A stretch of 64,000 nt of DNA, taken from Paraspadella gotoi. Its lineage: Eukaryota; Animalia; Chaetognatha. This document shows, piece by piece, positions 1-13,331 of this stretch; the first letter of the stretch is position 1, and every line of letters begins with the position of its first letter. The notes under the pieces are model-generated. The model did no database searches. It was given only the letters and a program-made list of their open reading frames with translations, and was not told the origin of the DNA. Position numbers and translations under genes: made by a program. Location: the NCBI GenBank assembly GCA_051294375.1, contig CM119265.1:4791192-4855191 (forward strand), given 5' to 3'.

Positions 1-562
1 CAGATAGTGAGTGAGAGAAGGAGAAAACGCGGTGGAAAAAAGAAAGAAACGGTCGAGACCCCCAACTCCAAANNNNNNNNNNGGAAAAAGAAAGAAACGG
101 TCGAGACCCTCAACTCCAAAAATCGGTCGGTCCAATAACAACAGGATTATCAACAACAACAACAACAACTCTCACGTGGAGTCACCTCGCGTTCGTCGAT
201 CTTCTCTCGATCTCGTCGACCCCGAATCCTTCGTCCACGCCCCCTTCAACATCTGACCGGATGTTGAGCCTCGGTTCGACGGGGTAAACAATCGCGTTTG
301 TAAACTCTCGATAAAGCCGGTCGAGAGAGAGAGAGGGAGTGAAAGCGAGAGAGAGAGAGAGCGCGATCGTTTGTTTGTTTTTCTCCTCGTTCGAACCCCA
401 TCGCGGGCAGACGGAGAGAGAGAGAGAGCGAGAGAGAGTCCATTCGCTCTGGTTATTTAGATTCACAATCTCATCCGATTCGGAATTCGTCTTCTTCCTC
501 AACTACTTCGTCATCTTCCACGTCACCTGCCCCCTTCAAACGCCCCCCCCTTTCCTCCCAAA

Positions 563-1049
563 ATGGACGTCTTCGTCAAGAGAATAAGACTGGACCGGCG
601 TCGCGGCGCCATCGAAACTAGCGCCCCCTCGATTTCGACGCCGTGCGACGCGTCACCAATCCCCCGTCGACAACGCCGCCGACTCCTCGCGGAGACGCCT
701 CCTTCAAGCGCGTCAAACTTTCCGTCGCAGGCGTCGTCGTCGGTCGTAGAGACGGACATCCTCGGGCGAGACGACGGATTTATCCCCGCGTCCGCCAGTT
801 ACATACGGAAACTAACGATGACGTCGTCGTCGCCGTCCTCCTCTTCCGCTTTCCCGGATGTAAACGATCGACTCGTTCGTCGCCTTCCTTCGCGTCACCG
901 ACGCCACGATCCTCCGCGTCAACATCAGCGTCACAAAGGAGCGATTCTCTCGTTCTTGTCCCCGGTCGCCCTCGTTCTCAGCGCCGTCGCCATGTTGGCG
1001 CCGACGACGACGGCGCTGCCGCCGCTGCCCGTCGCCATCGCTCCGGAAG
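563..1049 (+). CDS. Ddr: Probable first coding exon of a DDR-like receptor (long N-terminal extension plus signal-peptide-like segment)
   Basis: ATG at 563 is in good context (caaaATGG), with an in-frame TAG upstream at 458-460. The frame is GC-rich and runs 162 codons. A hydrophobic stretch AILSFLSPVALVLSAVAMLA follows basic residues. The exon ends at a strong donor GAAG|gtaagg in phase 1, matching the phase of the exon at 51487. The link to that exon is inferred. Confidence 0.6.
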
Positions 1050-2407
1050 GTAAGGTCGAGTTCGAGGAAGGAAACTTAGTCGAGATAGTCTTGGTTCGTC
1101 GGTACTAATTCCTAAGGNNNNNNNNNNNNNNNNNNNNNNNNNNNNNNNNNNNNNNNNNNNNNNNNNNNNNNNNNNNNNNNNNNNNNNNNNNNNNNNNNNN
1201 NNNNNNNNNNNNNNNNNNNNNNNNNNNNNNNNNNNNNNNNNNNNNNNNNNNNNNNNNNNNNNNNNNNNNNNNNNNNNNNTCTTCAAGTCAGCTCATCTCT
1301 CTTCTCCTCTCTCGATCTCTCCCTCCGTCATCGATCTCTGCTCTCTCTCCTCTCATGTTCGAAGATAATTCAGCCCTTAATTCTCTTACGTAAATAATAA
1401 CACACCGGCAGTAATCAAATTATTACCGAATAAGCAAACAAAAAACACATCGAGGCAAGTTCCGAAGAAATTGAATTTGTGTAATGTCTTGAAATTATCT
1501 TTTATAATTATAATTATTATTGATGTCTTTTAATTTAATTATTATTATTTTTACTACTATTATTAGAATCATTATTAAGTTGTCTGTGATAAAATTTTCG
1601 ATTAAATACGGTAATCCATCTATCTCAAAAAATATCCCAACATAGGTCACGAACAATCACTCTCGGTAATTATTAGGGATTTTGTTATCATTTTTTTCAA
1701 TCTTAAGTCGTTTGGTTTGCAGCTTTTATAGTAGTGGTCAACACGAACATTTAAAAATAGGCTTCACGCTTCTACTACTTATCCGGCATTTTTAATCGTA
1801 TCCACTGGGTATGTGGTTCAACCAAGAAAAAAAGTTTCCAGAAATTAAATTCTTATTTTTTTCTCTATTTCTTTTTTCTTCTGTTCTAAAAAATATTGAA
1901 ACGCAAAGAACGCTTCAGCGTGTTTTATTCTTATTCGACTCTAATTGCCTTGTTTATTTTTTAGTTTGCTCCATTCGACGTACCATTCAAAAAGAAAGAA
2001 AAAAAAGAATCAAGAAAAAATAAAAATAGAACATCAAAGAATTTTTCAGCGTGAAAGGCAATAACACACGCATCCAACACCCCCGCGCACCAAAAAAAAA
2101 ACATTTCCCCGAAAACAGAAATAACCTGAAATGAAAATCGCATAAGAAACACGAAATCGATTTGGAGATTGACTTTCGTCCGTTGGGGGGCAGTCAACGG
2201 GGGGTCGTGATTGATGGAAGGGGATTATGGTTGGAAGGGTGACTAGGGTTAGGGACGGTTGAAAAAAAAAATCGATTTAAATATATCCCCGTTGAAATGT
2301 CTTTGGGGAAAACTCGACGGGGGGAGTGACTGCCTGTTTCAGGAATATTTCCTCACGTCTGAAGTAGATTCTTTCTTTTGTCTCGAGTTTTCTAAATACG
2401 TTCGTGA

Positions 2408-2554
2408 ATTTAAGTTAAAATGATGTGTAGTTTATCAGGAAGCGACGATGGTTTTGTTATATATTAAGTATTAAATATATATATTTAAGTTAAAATGATG
2501 TGTAGTTTATCAGCGAGCGACGATGGTTTTGTAATATATTAAGTATTAAATATA
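2408..2554 (+). repeat. Tandem duplication, 75-bp period, 2 copies
   Basis: atttaagttaaaatgatgtgtagtttatcag...gcgacgatggttttgt...atatattaagtattaaatata starts at 2408 and again at 2483. Confidence 0.85.
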
Positions 2555-3414
2555 ACCGATGAAAACCGAGTTTTTCCCTGCGGGAGGAAGTTTTCTGGCC
2601 CAGATGATTTGAGATTGAGTCTTNNNNNNNNNNNNNNNNNNNNNNNNNNNNNNNNNNNNNNNNNNNNNNNNNNNNNNNNNNNNNNNNNNNNNNNNNNNNN
2701 NNNNNNNNNNNNNNNNNNNNNNNNNNNNNNNNNNNNNNNNNNNNNNNNNNNNNNNNNNNNNNNNNNNNNNNNNNNNNNNNNNNNNNNNNNNNNNNNNNNN
2801 NNNNNNNNNNNNNNNNNNNNNNNNNNNNNNNNNNNNNNNNNNNNNNNNAGATAAACATTCGAAAGGAAAAAAAGAGACTTTTCCTCTTCTTTAGACACAA
2901 AAATGTGGAACGTCTCTGATTTCGTGACGTGAATTAAAATTCGGGAAATTTTCTTGATATTTTTTATAAAAAAGTTTTTTTCAAAAAAATTTTGTCTCTT
3001 TTTATTTATTTATATCTTACTTACTTACTTGGTAAACCATTAACAACAAAAAGATGATGAAAACGATGATATATTGCAGTCGCATGATTGTGAACACTAT
3101 ACAATCATACCTAGGCTAGGATGTCGATGATGTATGAAGCTTTCCTTTCCCGCCTTTCCGACGAAGAAGCCCCATGGAATGTTTTACCCTCACCGAGTTT
3201 TGGCGCCGAGATTTAAAATCCATTCCACTGTTTTGACTTTAGGGTCGAGATTGAGGCTGGAAAGAAAAAAAGGGGATAGAGAGATAGAGAGAAAATCTAA
3301 AATTTTTGGGGAAAAAAGATGGAAAAAAAATATTGAACTCGGCGACGAGTTTTCTTGTCTAAATCTTACATAGAGGATTGAAATGGATANNNNNNNNNNN
3401 NNNNNNNNNNNNNN

Positions 3415-6400
3415 AGAGAAGACTGAACAGACGAGAGACAGGAGGACAAAGATCGATGAGACCGACAAATGGAGCGACAAAAGTCGATGACGTAATGGGT
3501 TAGTGAGACAAAAAGGCGACAATGAAGAAAATGTCTAAGATGTGAGATAAGACGGAGTCGCTTCCTTATCAATCCTTTACATAATAGCCGAATTACTCTG
3601 TTAAAATACTATAAGAAAAAAAAATATTTTCGTGGGGAAAACTATAAATTTAGAGAGTTAAACTTAAGAGAAGGGAATGAAAAAAAATAGAAAGAAGAAA
3701 GAAAAGGAGAGAAGAGAAAGCGCATCAAATGAAAAAAATAGTTTTCCATGAAGTGATTTATATCTCGAACGAGAATCTGTTAAAAATAATTTACTATATT
3801 TTTTTTCATATTACTAGGAGTCACGCACCAGCGCAAAAAGGTAATGAAAAGATTGCAAAGATCTTTTTTATAATAGAGACAGAGAGAGGAATGCTCTCAG
3901 TGCCAACTTATCTATTTATATGTAGTTCGCCATCTTCATCTGCTCTTCTCTTCCTCTTCCTCTCTCCTCTTATGTCGTTTGAGCATAAGAGAGCGAGACG
4001 AAAGCAACAAGAGACAGCGCGCACAAAAAAGAAGTCTTTCGCTAATGCGAATAAAAAGTTAAGCATCCGAAAAAATAGAGAAACTCGAAGACACTTAACC
4101 AAAATAAATGGGCGGAAAGAAAGAGGAGAGAGACAGAGGAGAGAAGAGGAGAGAGAGAGAGAGAGAGAGAGAAGAGACGAGAGAGGAGGAGAGAGAGAAG
4201 AGAGAGGAGAGGCTTGTTTACGTACGGAGGGAAGATTAGCTTGTAAGAAACAGAAGGAAGTCGTGACAAATTTCTCTGGGGAAAAAAGGAAGGGAAGGAA
4301 ATTAATTTTTACTATAGTTGTTTGTTCATTTGAATATCTTTGGCCGTAGGAAACAGACACCCTTCTCGAGGAGGAAAATACGACTAGATAGGCAGAAATT
4401 GGAACAACACCCCGTGAACGGCAGGAGAGAGAAAAGAAAGAAAATAAACAGGCCAAGAGCGGGATTCCCAAGGAAAAAAAGAGCAAAGACGGATTAGAAG
4501 AGAAGGGAAATTGTGTAAGTGCGAGCGGGGGAGAGTGAGAAGTAGAGAGAAAGGGAGAAGAGAAGGGAGAGAGAGAGAAGAGAGAGAGAAGAGAGAGAGA
4601 GACGGAGGAGAGAGAAGATGAGAGGGAGGAGCTATGAAGAAGCTCGACACATATATGAGAGTCCGAGCTCGGAGTGAACTACCGGAGTAAATAAAGATCA
4701 AATACGGCTCTATATAGTATTAAATAAGCTATAGGCGCGAGACTAGGAATGAGCAAAGGAATCGAGAGAAGAGGAGGACGAGAGAGGAGAGAGAGAGGGA
4801 GAGAGAGAGAAGAGAGAGGAGAGAGAGAGAGAGAGACTTCAATAACAGATGAATACTGAGAGAAAAGTATTATCAATTTGATTTTTTTATTTATTACAAT
4901 TTGTTTTATACTTTCTCTCTCCCTCCCTCTTTCTCTCGCTTCCTTTCTCATTCCGGTTCTCGCGCCTAATAGCCTATTTAATACATTATATAAGCCTCTA
5001 CTTAGGATCTTTATTANNNNNNNNNNNNNNNNNNNNNNNNNNNNNNNNNNNNNNNNNNNNNNNNNNNNNNNNNNNNNNNNNNNNNNNNNNNNNNNNNNNN
5101 NNNNNNNNNNNNNNNNNNNNNNNNNNNNNNNNNNNNNNNNNNNNNNNNNNNNNNNNNNNNNNNNNNNNNNNNNNNNNNNNNNNNNNNNNNNNNNNNNNNN
5201 NNNNNNNNNNNNNNNNNNNNNNNNNNNNNNNNNNNNNNNNNNNNNNNNNNNNNNNNNNNNNNNNNNNNNNNNNNNNNNNNNNNNNNTTCTTTCCTCTCTC
5301 GTGGCCAAAGTTTCACGGGCGTTGGTTTTTCCAATTTCCTGCCTAATCTGTCTTTTATCCTCCCTCGAGAAGGTTTGTTTCCTCGGCCAAAGTATAAAAT
5401 GAAAAAACTTATAGGAAAAATATAATTTCTTCCTTCTCCTTTTTCCCCGCAGAGAAATTTGTGAACTTTGCCTTCTGTTTCTTCAGAGAGAGAAGAGAGT
5501 GAGAGCGAATAGTCTAACCCACAGAATTCGATGATTCAGGAAGTAACCATTCGAAAGTAAAAAAAGAACTTTCCTCTTCTTTGACACACAATGTCGCGAA
5601 CGTCTTCATTTCAGTGACGCAATTAAATATTCGGGAACTTTTCTTACATTTTATAAAAAGTTTTTCAAATGTGTACCTTTTATTTATTTATATACTACCT
5701 CTATATTGATGATAAGCCCATTACAACAAAAGTATGAAACATGAAATATTAATGCCAGTCGCCATCGATTTGTATGAACATCTAATATACAACTCACTAC
5801 CTCGGCTAGGTTATGCGAACGAACTGTATAGCTCCTGTCCGCCTTTCACAAGAACCACTGAAGTTTCTACCTCACCGAGTTCTGGTCGCCGAGATATTTT
5901 AAAATCCATTCCACTGTTTTGACCTTTAGGGTCTGAATAGTGGAAAGAAAAAGATTAGAGAGTAGAGAGAAATCTATTTTTGGGAAAAAGATGGAAAACA
6001 AAATATTGAACTGTGCACCGATCTTCCTTGTCTAATCATACTGAGGATTGAAGTATAAAACAAATTGTAATAAATAAAAAAATCAAATTGATAATACTTT
6101 TCTCTCAGTATTCATCTGTTATTGAAGTCTCTCTCTCTCTCTCTCCTCTCTCTTCTCTCTCTCTCCCTCTCTCTCTCCTCTCTCGTCCTCCTCTTCTCTC
6201 GATTCCTTTGCTCATTCCTAGTCTCGCGCCTATAGCTTATTTAATACTATATAGAGCCGTATTTGATCTTTATTTACTCCGGTAGTTCACTCCGAGCTCG
6301 GACTCTCATATATGTGTCGAGCTTCTTCATAGCTCCTCCCTCTCATCTTCTCTCTCCTCCGTCTCTCTCTCTCTTCTCTCTCTCTTCTCTCTCTCTCCCT

Positions 6401-7050
6401 TCTCTTCTCCCTTTCTCTCTACTTCTCACTCTCCCCCGCTCGCACTTACACAATTTCCCTTCTCTTCTAATCCGTCTTTGCTCTTTTTTTCCTTGGGAAT
6501 CCCGCTCTTGGCCTGTTTATTTTCTTTCTTTTCTCTCTCCTGCCGTTCACGGGGTGTTGTTCCAATTTCTGCCTATCTAGTCGTATTTTCCTCCTCGAGA
6601 AGGGTGTCTGTTTCCTACGGCCAAAGATATTCAAATGAACAAACAACTATAGTAAAAATTAATTTCCTTCCCTTCCTTTTTTCCCCAGAGAAATTTGTCA
6701 CGACTTCCTTCTGTTTCTTACAAGCTAATCTTCCCTCCGTACGTAAACAAGCCTCTCCTCTCTCTTCTCTCTCTCCTCCTCTCTCGTCTCTTCTCTCTCT
6801 CTCTCTCTCTCTCTCCTCTTCTCTCCTCTGTCTCTCTCCTCTTTCTTTCCGCNNNNNNNNNNNNNNNNNNNNNNNNNCCATTTATTTTGGGTAAGGGTCT
6901 CTCCGAGTTTCTCCCTACATTTTTCTTTCCGGATGGCTTAACTTTTTATTCGCTGTAGCGAAAAGGACTTACTTTTTTGTGTGCGGCGCTGTCTCTGTCT
7001 GTGGCTTTCCGTCTCGCTCTCGTTCTGACCTGGAACCAAGAATCGAGATT

Positions 7051-7095
<45 letters not shown>

Positions 7096-7790
7096 GGCGA
7101 AAGTTACATGATAAATAGATGAAGGGAATGGCAAACTGAGAGCATGTCCTCTCTCTGTCTCTATTATAAAAAACGACTTTGCAAAGGTTTTTCCATTAAC
7201 CATTTTTGTCAGCCTGAGTAGCGTGCACGTTCTCGTAGTAAAAAATGAAAAAAAAAATAGTAACATTTAAGTTTTTAACAGATTCTCGTTCGAGATATAA
7301 ATCACTTCGATGGAAAACCCTTTTTTCTCTTTGGAGCGCTTTTCTCTTCTCTCCTTCTCTTCTTCTTTCTATTTTTTTTTTATTTCCCTCTCCCTTTCTC
7401 TTTGCCGTATTTTAATATCGTCGTAAACTTTTATAGTTTTCTCCCAAACGAAAATATATTTTTTTTTGCTACTAGTATTTAACAAGAGATGAATTGAGGC
7501 TCATATGTAAAAGGAATTTGACATAAGAGAAAAGCGAAATCCCGANNNNNNNNNNNNNNNNNNNNNNNNNNNNNNNNNNNNNNNNNNNNNNNNNNNNNNN
7601 NNNNNNNNNNNNNNNNNNNNNNNNNNNNNNNNNNNNNNNNNNNNNNNNNNNNNNNNNNNNNNNNNNNNNNNNNNNNNNNNNNNNNNNNNNNNNNNNNNNN
7701 NNNNNNNNNNNNNNNNNNNNNNNNNNNNNNNNNNNNNNNNNNNNNNNNNNNNNNNNNNNNNNNNNNNNNNNNTCTGTCTGTTCTCCCCAA
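3415..7790. repeat. Large inverted repeat: about 3415-4913 versus 6051-7790
   Basis: 4112-4913 reads as the exact reverse complement of 6051-6852. Paired coordinates sum to 10964, and mirrored ORFs 4384-4701(-) and 6263-6580(+) are identical. The outer parts match with many indels. Confidence 0.9.
5545..6050 (+). repeat. Noisy direct copy of about 2850-3385
   Basis: Shared blocks such as ttcctcttcttt, ctcaccgagtt, atttaaaatccattccactgttttgac and gaggattgaa occur in the same order with scattered single-base indels. Confidence 0.85.
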
Positions 7791-8412
7791 GTTGGATTCC
7801 TGCCGTCGTCCTCGTCGGCCAGCGCCCGTCCGGTGGAAGAGAATCGATCCATTCATTCCTCTTAGTATCAATTGAGTCGGCGAAGCGATGGGTAATGCTT
7901 TTCAGGGTCCAATCGTAAAAAANNNNNNNNNNNNNNNNNNNNNNNNNNNNNNNNNNNNNNNNNNNNNNNNNNNNNNNNNNNNNNNNNNNNNNNNNNNNNN
8001 NNNNNNNNNNNNNNNNNNNNNNNNNNNNNNNNNNNNNNNNNNNNNNNNNNNNNNNNNNNNNNNNNNNNNNNNNNNNNNNNNNNNNNNNNNNNNNNNNNNN
8101 NNNNNNNAGAGAGAGAGAGAGAGAGAGAGGCAGAGGCAGGCGTCGAACGCTTCCCTGATTCTGATACGCAAGAAATATGAAGAAAAAAAGGATAATTTTT
8201 CACGAGGAAACGATGAATTTTTTCCAGATTTCGTCACAACAATTGTCATCGTTTGAAAATGTGAATGACAGACGCGCACCGTCGATTGCGTTCATTCAAA
8301 ACTCGATATTCGTTCTTTCAATGAATTCCTTCTCTTTTAAAAGATACAACTTTATTCATTTGATGTTTTCTTTAGATCTTTGTTTCGGATTTAGAAATTT
8401 CTTTGTTTTCTT

Positions 8413-8464
<52 letters not shown>

Positions 8465-8988
8465 CACACCCGGAGGCACCAAAAATGGGAAATGATGACG
8501 TCGAATCTTTCCCATCAACGAAAGAAGCGTCAGTTTTACGATTCGACGATCGAAAATGAAAAGAGTTGGAAACTGGAAATTGACTTTTGGGTCTGAAATG
8601 ATATTCTCGTTCGGCGACTTTTTTTTTTCTCTCTCTATCTTTAGTCGAGTGCCAAAGTTGACACCAGATCTAAAGAAAAAACAGGATTAACTAAAAGAAA
8701 ATCATGACGTTATTATTACTCTTTCAAATATTGAAATCCGAGAAGCCACGTCCTCAATCTTTTTAAAAAAAAAACCCATCCGAGTCATGGTGTAATTCTC
8801 ACCCAAATTCACATCCTCTCACCTCGAAATTTCACCTCACCCAGTTTTTTTCGACTCGGTTCCGCCCACCGACGGCTCTCACCTCACTTTCCTTCGCGTT
8901 AACCCCTTACCCACGGAAATCTCCTCCGGCCGAGGAAATAAATATTACGACGATCCTCCTTTTTATAACCGTTCCGTTCGTATTTGAT

Positions 8989-9027
<39 letters not shown>
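8989..9027. repeat. (GTC)13 microsatellite; similar GTC/GAC tracts at about 34500, 41565, 56831-56866, 57666-57698 and 62252-62288
   Basis: Read directly from the sequence. Confidence 0.95.
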
Positions 9028-9250
9028 TCTCTTCCGTTATTGCAGGGGGAGAAATCGGGAAACGATTTTTCTGTCCTTTCCTGTCTTCGCCTAATTCTTT
9101 CTTTCTTTCATTTATCTTTTCTTTTCTCTGAACTCATTTTCTGCCGTCTCGTTGCTCTTTTGTTTTATTGCATTAGTTTTTCTTTTGCCCGCATTTGCGC
9201 GCGCCGTGTGCGACAGAGAATTGGCGTTGATTTGAAACAAGAGAGAGAGG

Positions 9251-9298
<48 letters not shown>

Positions 9299-10248
9299 GC
9301 GTGCGTGACTTGGAACGAAGGAATATATTACGGGGACAGTTATGGCGAGATGTTTTTTCCCTAACCGGCTCTCATTTTCGAAGGACTCTAGCATAAAAAT
9401 CAGAAATTTAGATTTTCTAGAATCTTTTAATGCGTTTAATGACATCCTGCGATGCGGATAGCATTTCAGAAATTCTGAGTCTCTCCAACGTTGCTGTTAC
9501 TGTTAAGATTTTTAAATTTAGGAGAAAACAGATCGCGACTAAGACAAAGCGGCCTTTTTTTTTNNNNNNNNNNNNNNNNNNNNNNNNNNNNNNNNNNNNN
9601 NNNNNNNNNNNNNNNNNNNNNNNNNNNNNNNNNNNNNNNNNNNNNNNNNNNNNNNNNNNNNNNNNNNNNNNNNNNNNNNNNNNNNNNNNNNNNNNNNNNN
9701 NNNNNNNNNNNNNNNNNNNNNNNNNNNNNNNNNNNNNNNNNNNNNNNNNNNNNNNNNNNNNNNNNNNNNNNNNNNNNNNNNNNNNNNNNNNNNNNNNNNN
9801 NNNNNNNNNNNNNNNNNNNNNNNNNNNNNNNNNNNNNNNNNNNNNNNNNNNNNNNNNNNNNNNNNNNNNNNNNNNNNNNNNNNNNNNNNNNNNNNNNNNN
9901 NNNNNNNNNNNNNNNNNNNNNNNNNNNNNNNNNNNNNNNNNNNNNNNNNNNNNNNNNNNNNNNNNNNNNNNNNNNNNNNNNNNNNNNNNNNNNNNNNNNN
10001 NNNNNNNNNNNNNNNNNNNNNNNNNNNNNNNNNNNNNNNNNNNNNNNNNNNNNNATTTTAAAAATGAAAGTAAAAAAAATTAAATAAAATAGAAATTATT
10101 CCTTTTCACTCTAAATGCCGTGAGAGTTCCGTGAAAAAAAGAAAAATTAAAAAAAAAACGACCAAAATGTTTCGTTTCGGATAGAAGGAAGAAAAACGTA
10201 AATGTCATTCGAGAGTTTTAGCGTACTATATGTAATATTCGGGTAGAG

Positions 10249-10294
<46 letters not shown>

Positions 10295-11012
10295 TCTCTT
10301 TCTTCTCTCTCTCTCTCCCCACCAGGGTCGTGAAAAGGTGAGTCGGGTTGAAGCTGCTCCCTTTCAAAGAATCTCAGAAAGGTTGGTGCCAACCTTTAAC
10401 GGAAATATTTCTTAACCGAATTACAGACTCTCGTGCTCACTCGCTAGCTCGCTCGCTCGCGATCTTTCGTCTCGCAGATACCGAGAGAATTTTTTTGAGA
10501 GTAGAGTGTCCGTTGTAGAGAGGACATTTTGAATACTGTGTACACTGTCCACTTGACGAAGTCATACAGTTTGTTCACTTATATCTAATCAAGATATTTT
10601 TTTTTAAATTTTCTAATCTTGTAAATTGCAATATGTACGTTCATTTTAAATTAATACCGGGTTCTATATACATCACATCCGATTCCGGTTCTAACGTGGC
10701 CTCTTCCGGCCGAACGGCTCCATTTCCGGCTCGTAACGTCCGCTTCGCCGTCGCGCGCGGCCACTTCGTTCCGCTTCAATTGAGCGTCGACGATGGACGT
10801 TAGATGGATGACGCGAACCGACGTCTTTTGTTCGAAATTCGATTTTGGGAACTTCGCTTGCGTCGTCGTAGATGAGGTCGAAGATTGGGGGGGAGTGGCT
10901 GATATGGTGTGTTAGAGTGAAGGAATAAGTTAAGAACAAAGGTTATGGGTTAAGAGTAGAACAAAGTGGCGCAAAATTACTTCATGCTCGTGACAAGACA
11001 TTCATCAACAGC

Positions 11013-11063
<51 letters not shown>

Positions 11064-12399
11064 CTTCCATGTCTCTTGTCTCTCCTCTTTTTATTCCTTT
11101 TATGCCTTTCTGATTCCTTCTCCCTCGCCTCCGGGGAAATTACGCCGATGCTACTCTCTCCTAACTGAATAAAAATCAACTCCCCACCATTTTTTTCCAT
11201 TTTCTCCACTTTCACTCTCTCGCTCTCTCGCTCTCTCGCTTTTTCTTATTCCATCGTGGTCTCTCTAGCTCTCAGTCCCTTCTCTCTCTCTTTTTCTCTC
11301 GGTGTCTGTCATTTGTTCTTCTCACCCGTCGCCTTTGTCAATTTCTCTCTATCTCTCTCTATCTCTCCCCCCTCTCTCTCTCTCTCTGGATCACCACAAC
11401 CCACACCCTCCACAACTTTCACCACTCCTCCCTCATTTTTCCAACGAGAAGCCTCGTCTAACAAAAGCCGGGCTCGGCTCAGCTGTTGTCGTTGTTGTCT
11501 ATTTTTTTTTTTTTTTTCAATTGAAACCTTTTTTTTTTCTCGATATTCCTATTCTAACGGGTTTCAACCGCCTAGCGCACGCCAATCTAAATCCTCCCCA
11601 TAGCCACACGCGCCTACCCGGCCCGGTGGCGTGAATTGCATTTCAAAATCGGTATTACGAGAGAATTAGCGCCGTGTTTGCGGTTGTGGCGTGGCTGAGC
11701 GGGAAAAAAAAGTACGGGGCGAGAGAGCGTGGATGGTGGAAGGCCGATTGGCGGGTAAGGGTCGCGAGGTAAGGTTCATGTTTTGAATTTATGGCAGCAA
11801 ATGAGTCGTGAGAGATTGGGCGAGTCTGCCCGGTGAGATTATTTTTTTTTAATTGCAATAAGAATACAAGTCTCAGAATTTAGAAAATGTCAGTGCGAAG
11901 GATTAATAAGAGGCGTCGGCGAGCTTTTGTTCAATAAAATATAAATATTGAATTAACTATGAAAATGAGAGGCCAAGATTAACTTCTCTCTCACTCTCAG
12001 CTCCCCCCCCTCGATATTTCTCTCGCCAGAGAAGAGAATAATAAGAGAGAAAGAGAAAAAAAATATTTTTTCTANNNNNNNNNNNNNNNNNNNNNNNNNN
12101 NNNNNNNNNNNNNNNNNNNNNNNNNNNNNNNNNNNNNNNNNNNNNNNNNNNNNNNNNNNNNNNNNNNNNNNNNNNNNNNNNNNNNNNNNNNNNNNNNNNN
12201 NNNNNNNNNNNNNNNNNNNNNNNNNNNNNNNNNNNNNNNNNNNNNNNNNNNNNNNNNNNNAGGGGGAGTTTGGAGAAAGATGGGAAGCGATCAAACTCAA
12301 AGACTAAAACCGGATTCCATAATTTACAACCATCATTAGAAGATCCATTTAAATTTTCCGCAAAATCTAAGGGGCAATTCGCTTAATTCGCTCTCTTCA

Positions 12400-13306
12400 T
12401 TTTGATCATTTTTTTTTCGGGGAGGGGAACAGTTTGGGGGGCGAGGGGGGGGGGACAAGGGGTCCGGTTTCCTCCTCTCTCCTCAATTTCTGTCGGAGAT
12501 GGAAGAAGAGAAAAATTTGGATTCCAGGGAGTCGATACTCCGTGGGAGGGAAATTCATAGGCCGGGGTTGATTGGATTCGACATGGAAAGCGAAGAGAAG
12601 AGAGAGAGAGAGAAAGAGAGAAGGAGAGAGAGAAGAGAAGAGGAGAGAGAATGAGAAGAAGGTACAGAGAGGACGAGATGATGAGAATAAGGAGAGACGA
12701 ATTAAGAGCGAATTGCCCCCTTAGATTTGCGGAAAATTTAAAATGGATCTCTAATGAATGGTTGTAAATTATATGAATCAGGGTTTTAGGTCTTTGATGG
12801 TTTTGATCGCTTCCCATCTTACTCCAAACTCCCCCTGAAATTCATTCCTACCCCCCGCACCCCCTGGCCCCGAATAAAATCCTGGAATCCTTGTCCCCCT
12901 CAAAAAAAAAAAAAAAACTCATTCATTTCATTCAGCTCGAATTGATTTCTTTCTTCGTTCGTGGTTTTTTTTTAATTAGGAAAAAAATATTTTTTTTTTC
13001 ATCTTTCTCCCTTTCCATCCCTTCTTATTAGATATTCTCTTCCTTTTTCTTCTCCTGCGAGAGAAATATCCGGAGGGAGCTTCTGAGAGTGAGAGAGGGA
13101 AGTTACTGGCCTCTCATTTTCATAGTTAATGTCAATATTATAATTTTATTGAAACAAAAGCCGCCCGACGGCGCTCTTATTAATCCTCAGCACATCATGA
13201 CATTTTCTAAATTCTGGAGACTTGTAATCTTTATTTCAATTAAAAAAAAAATTAAATTCCATCTTACACCTGGGCAGACTTCGCCATCTCTCTCAACGAC
13301 TGTCAT
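12400..13306 (-). repeat. Noisy inverted copy of about 20990-21785 (and 11800-12074)
   Basis: ggttgattggattcgacatggaaagcga (about 12565) is the reverse complement of tcgctttccatgtcgaatccaatcaacc (21601). It folds back directly on 12261-12395. Confidence 0.85.
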
Positions 13307-13331
13307 NNNNNNNNNNNNNNNNNNNNNNNNN

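Noticed and set aside
33-121. Repeat of about 39 bp flanking a 10-N gap
   Set aside because: This is a typical unmerged contig overlap, not a biological repeat or CRISPR array.
1050-1108. Continuation of the 563 ORF to the stop at 1108 as a single-exon gene
   Set aside because: The strong phase-matched donor at 1050 makes these codons more likely to be intron read-through.
3729-6958. Identical ORFs on opposite strands suggesting duplicated genes
   Set aside because: They only reflect the inverted repeat, and the translations are RERE/SLSL microsatellite products.
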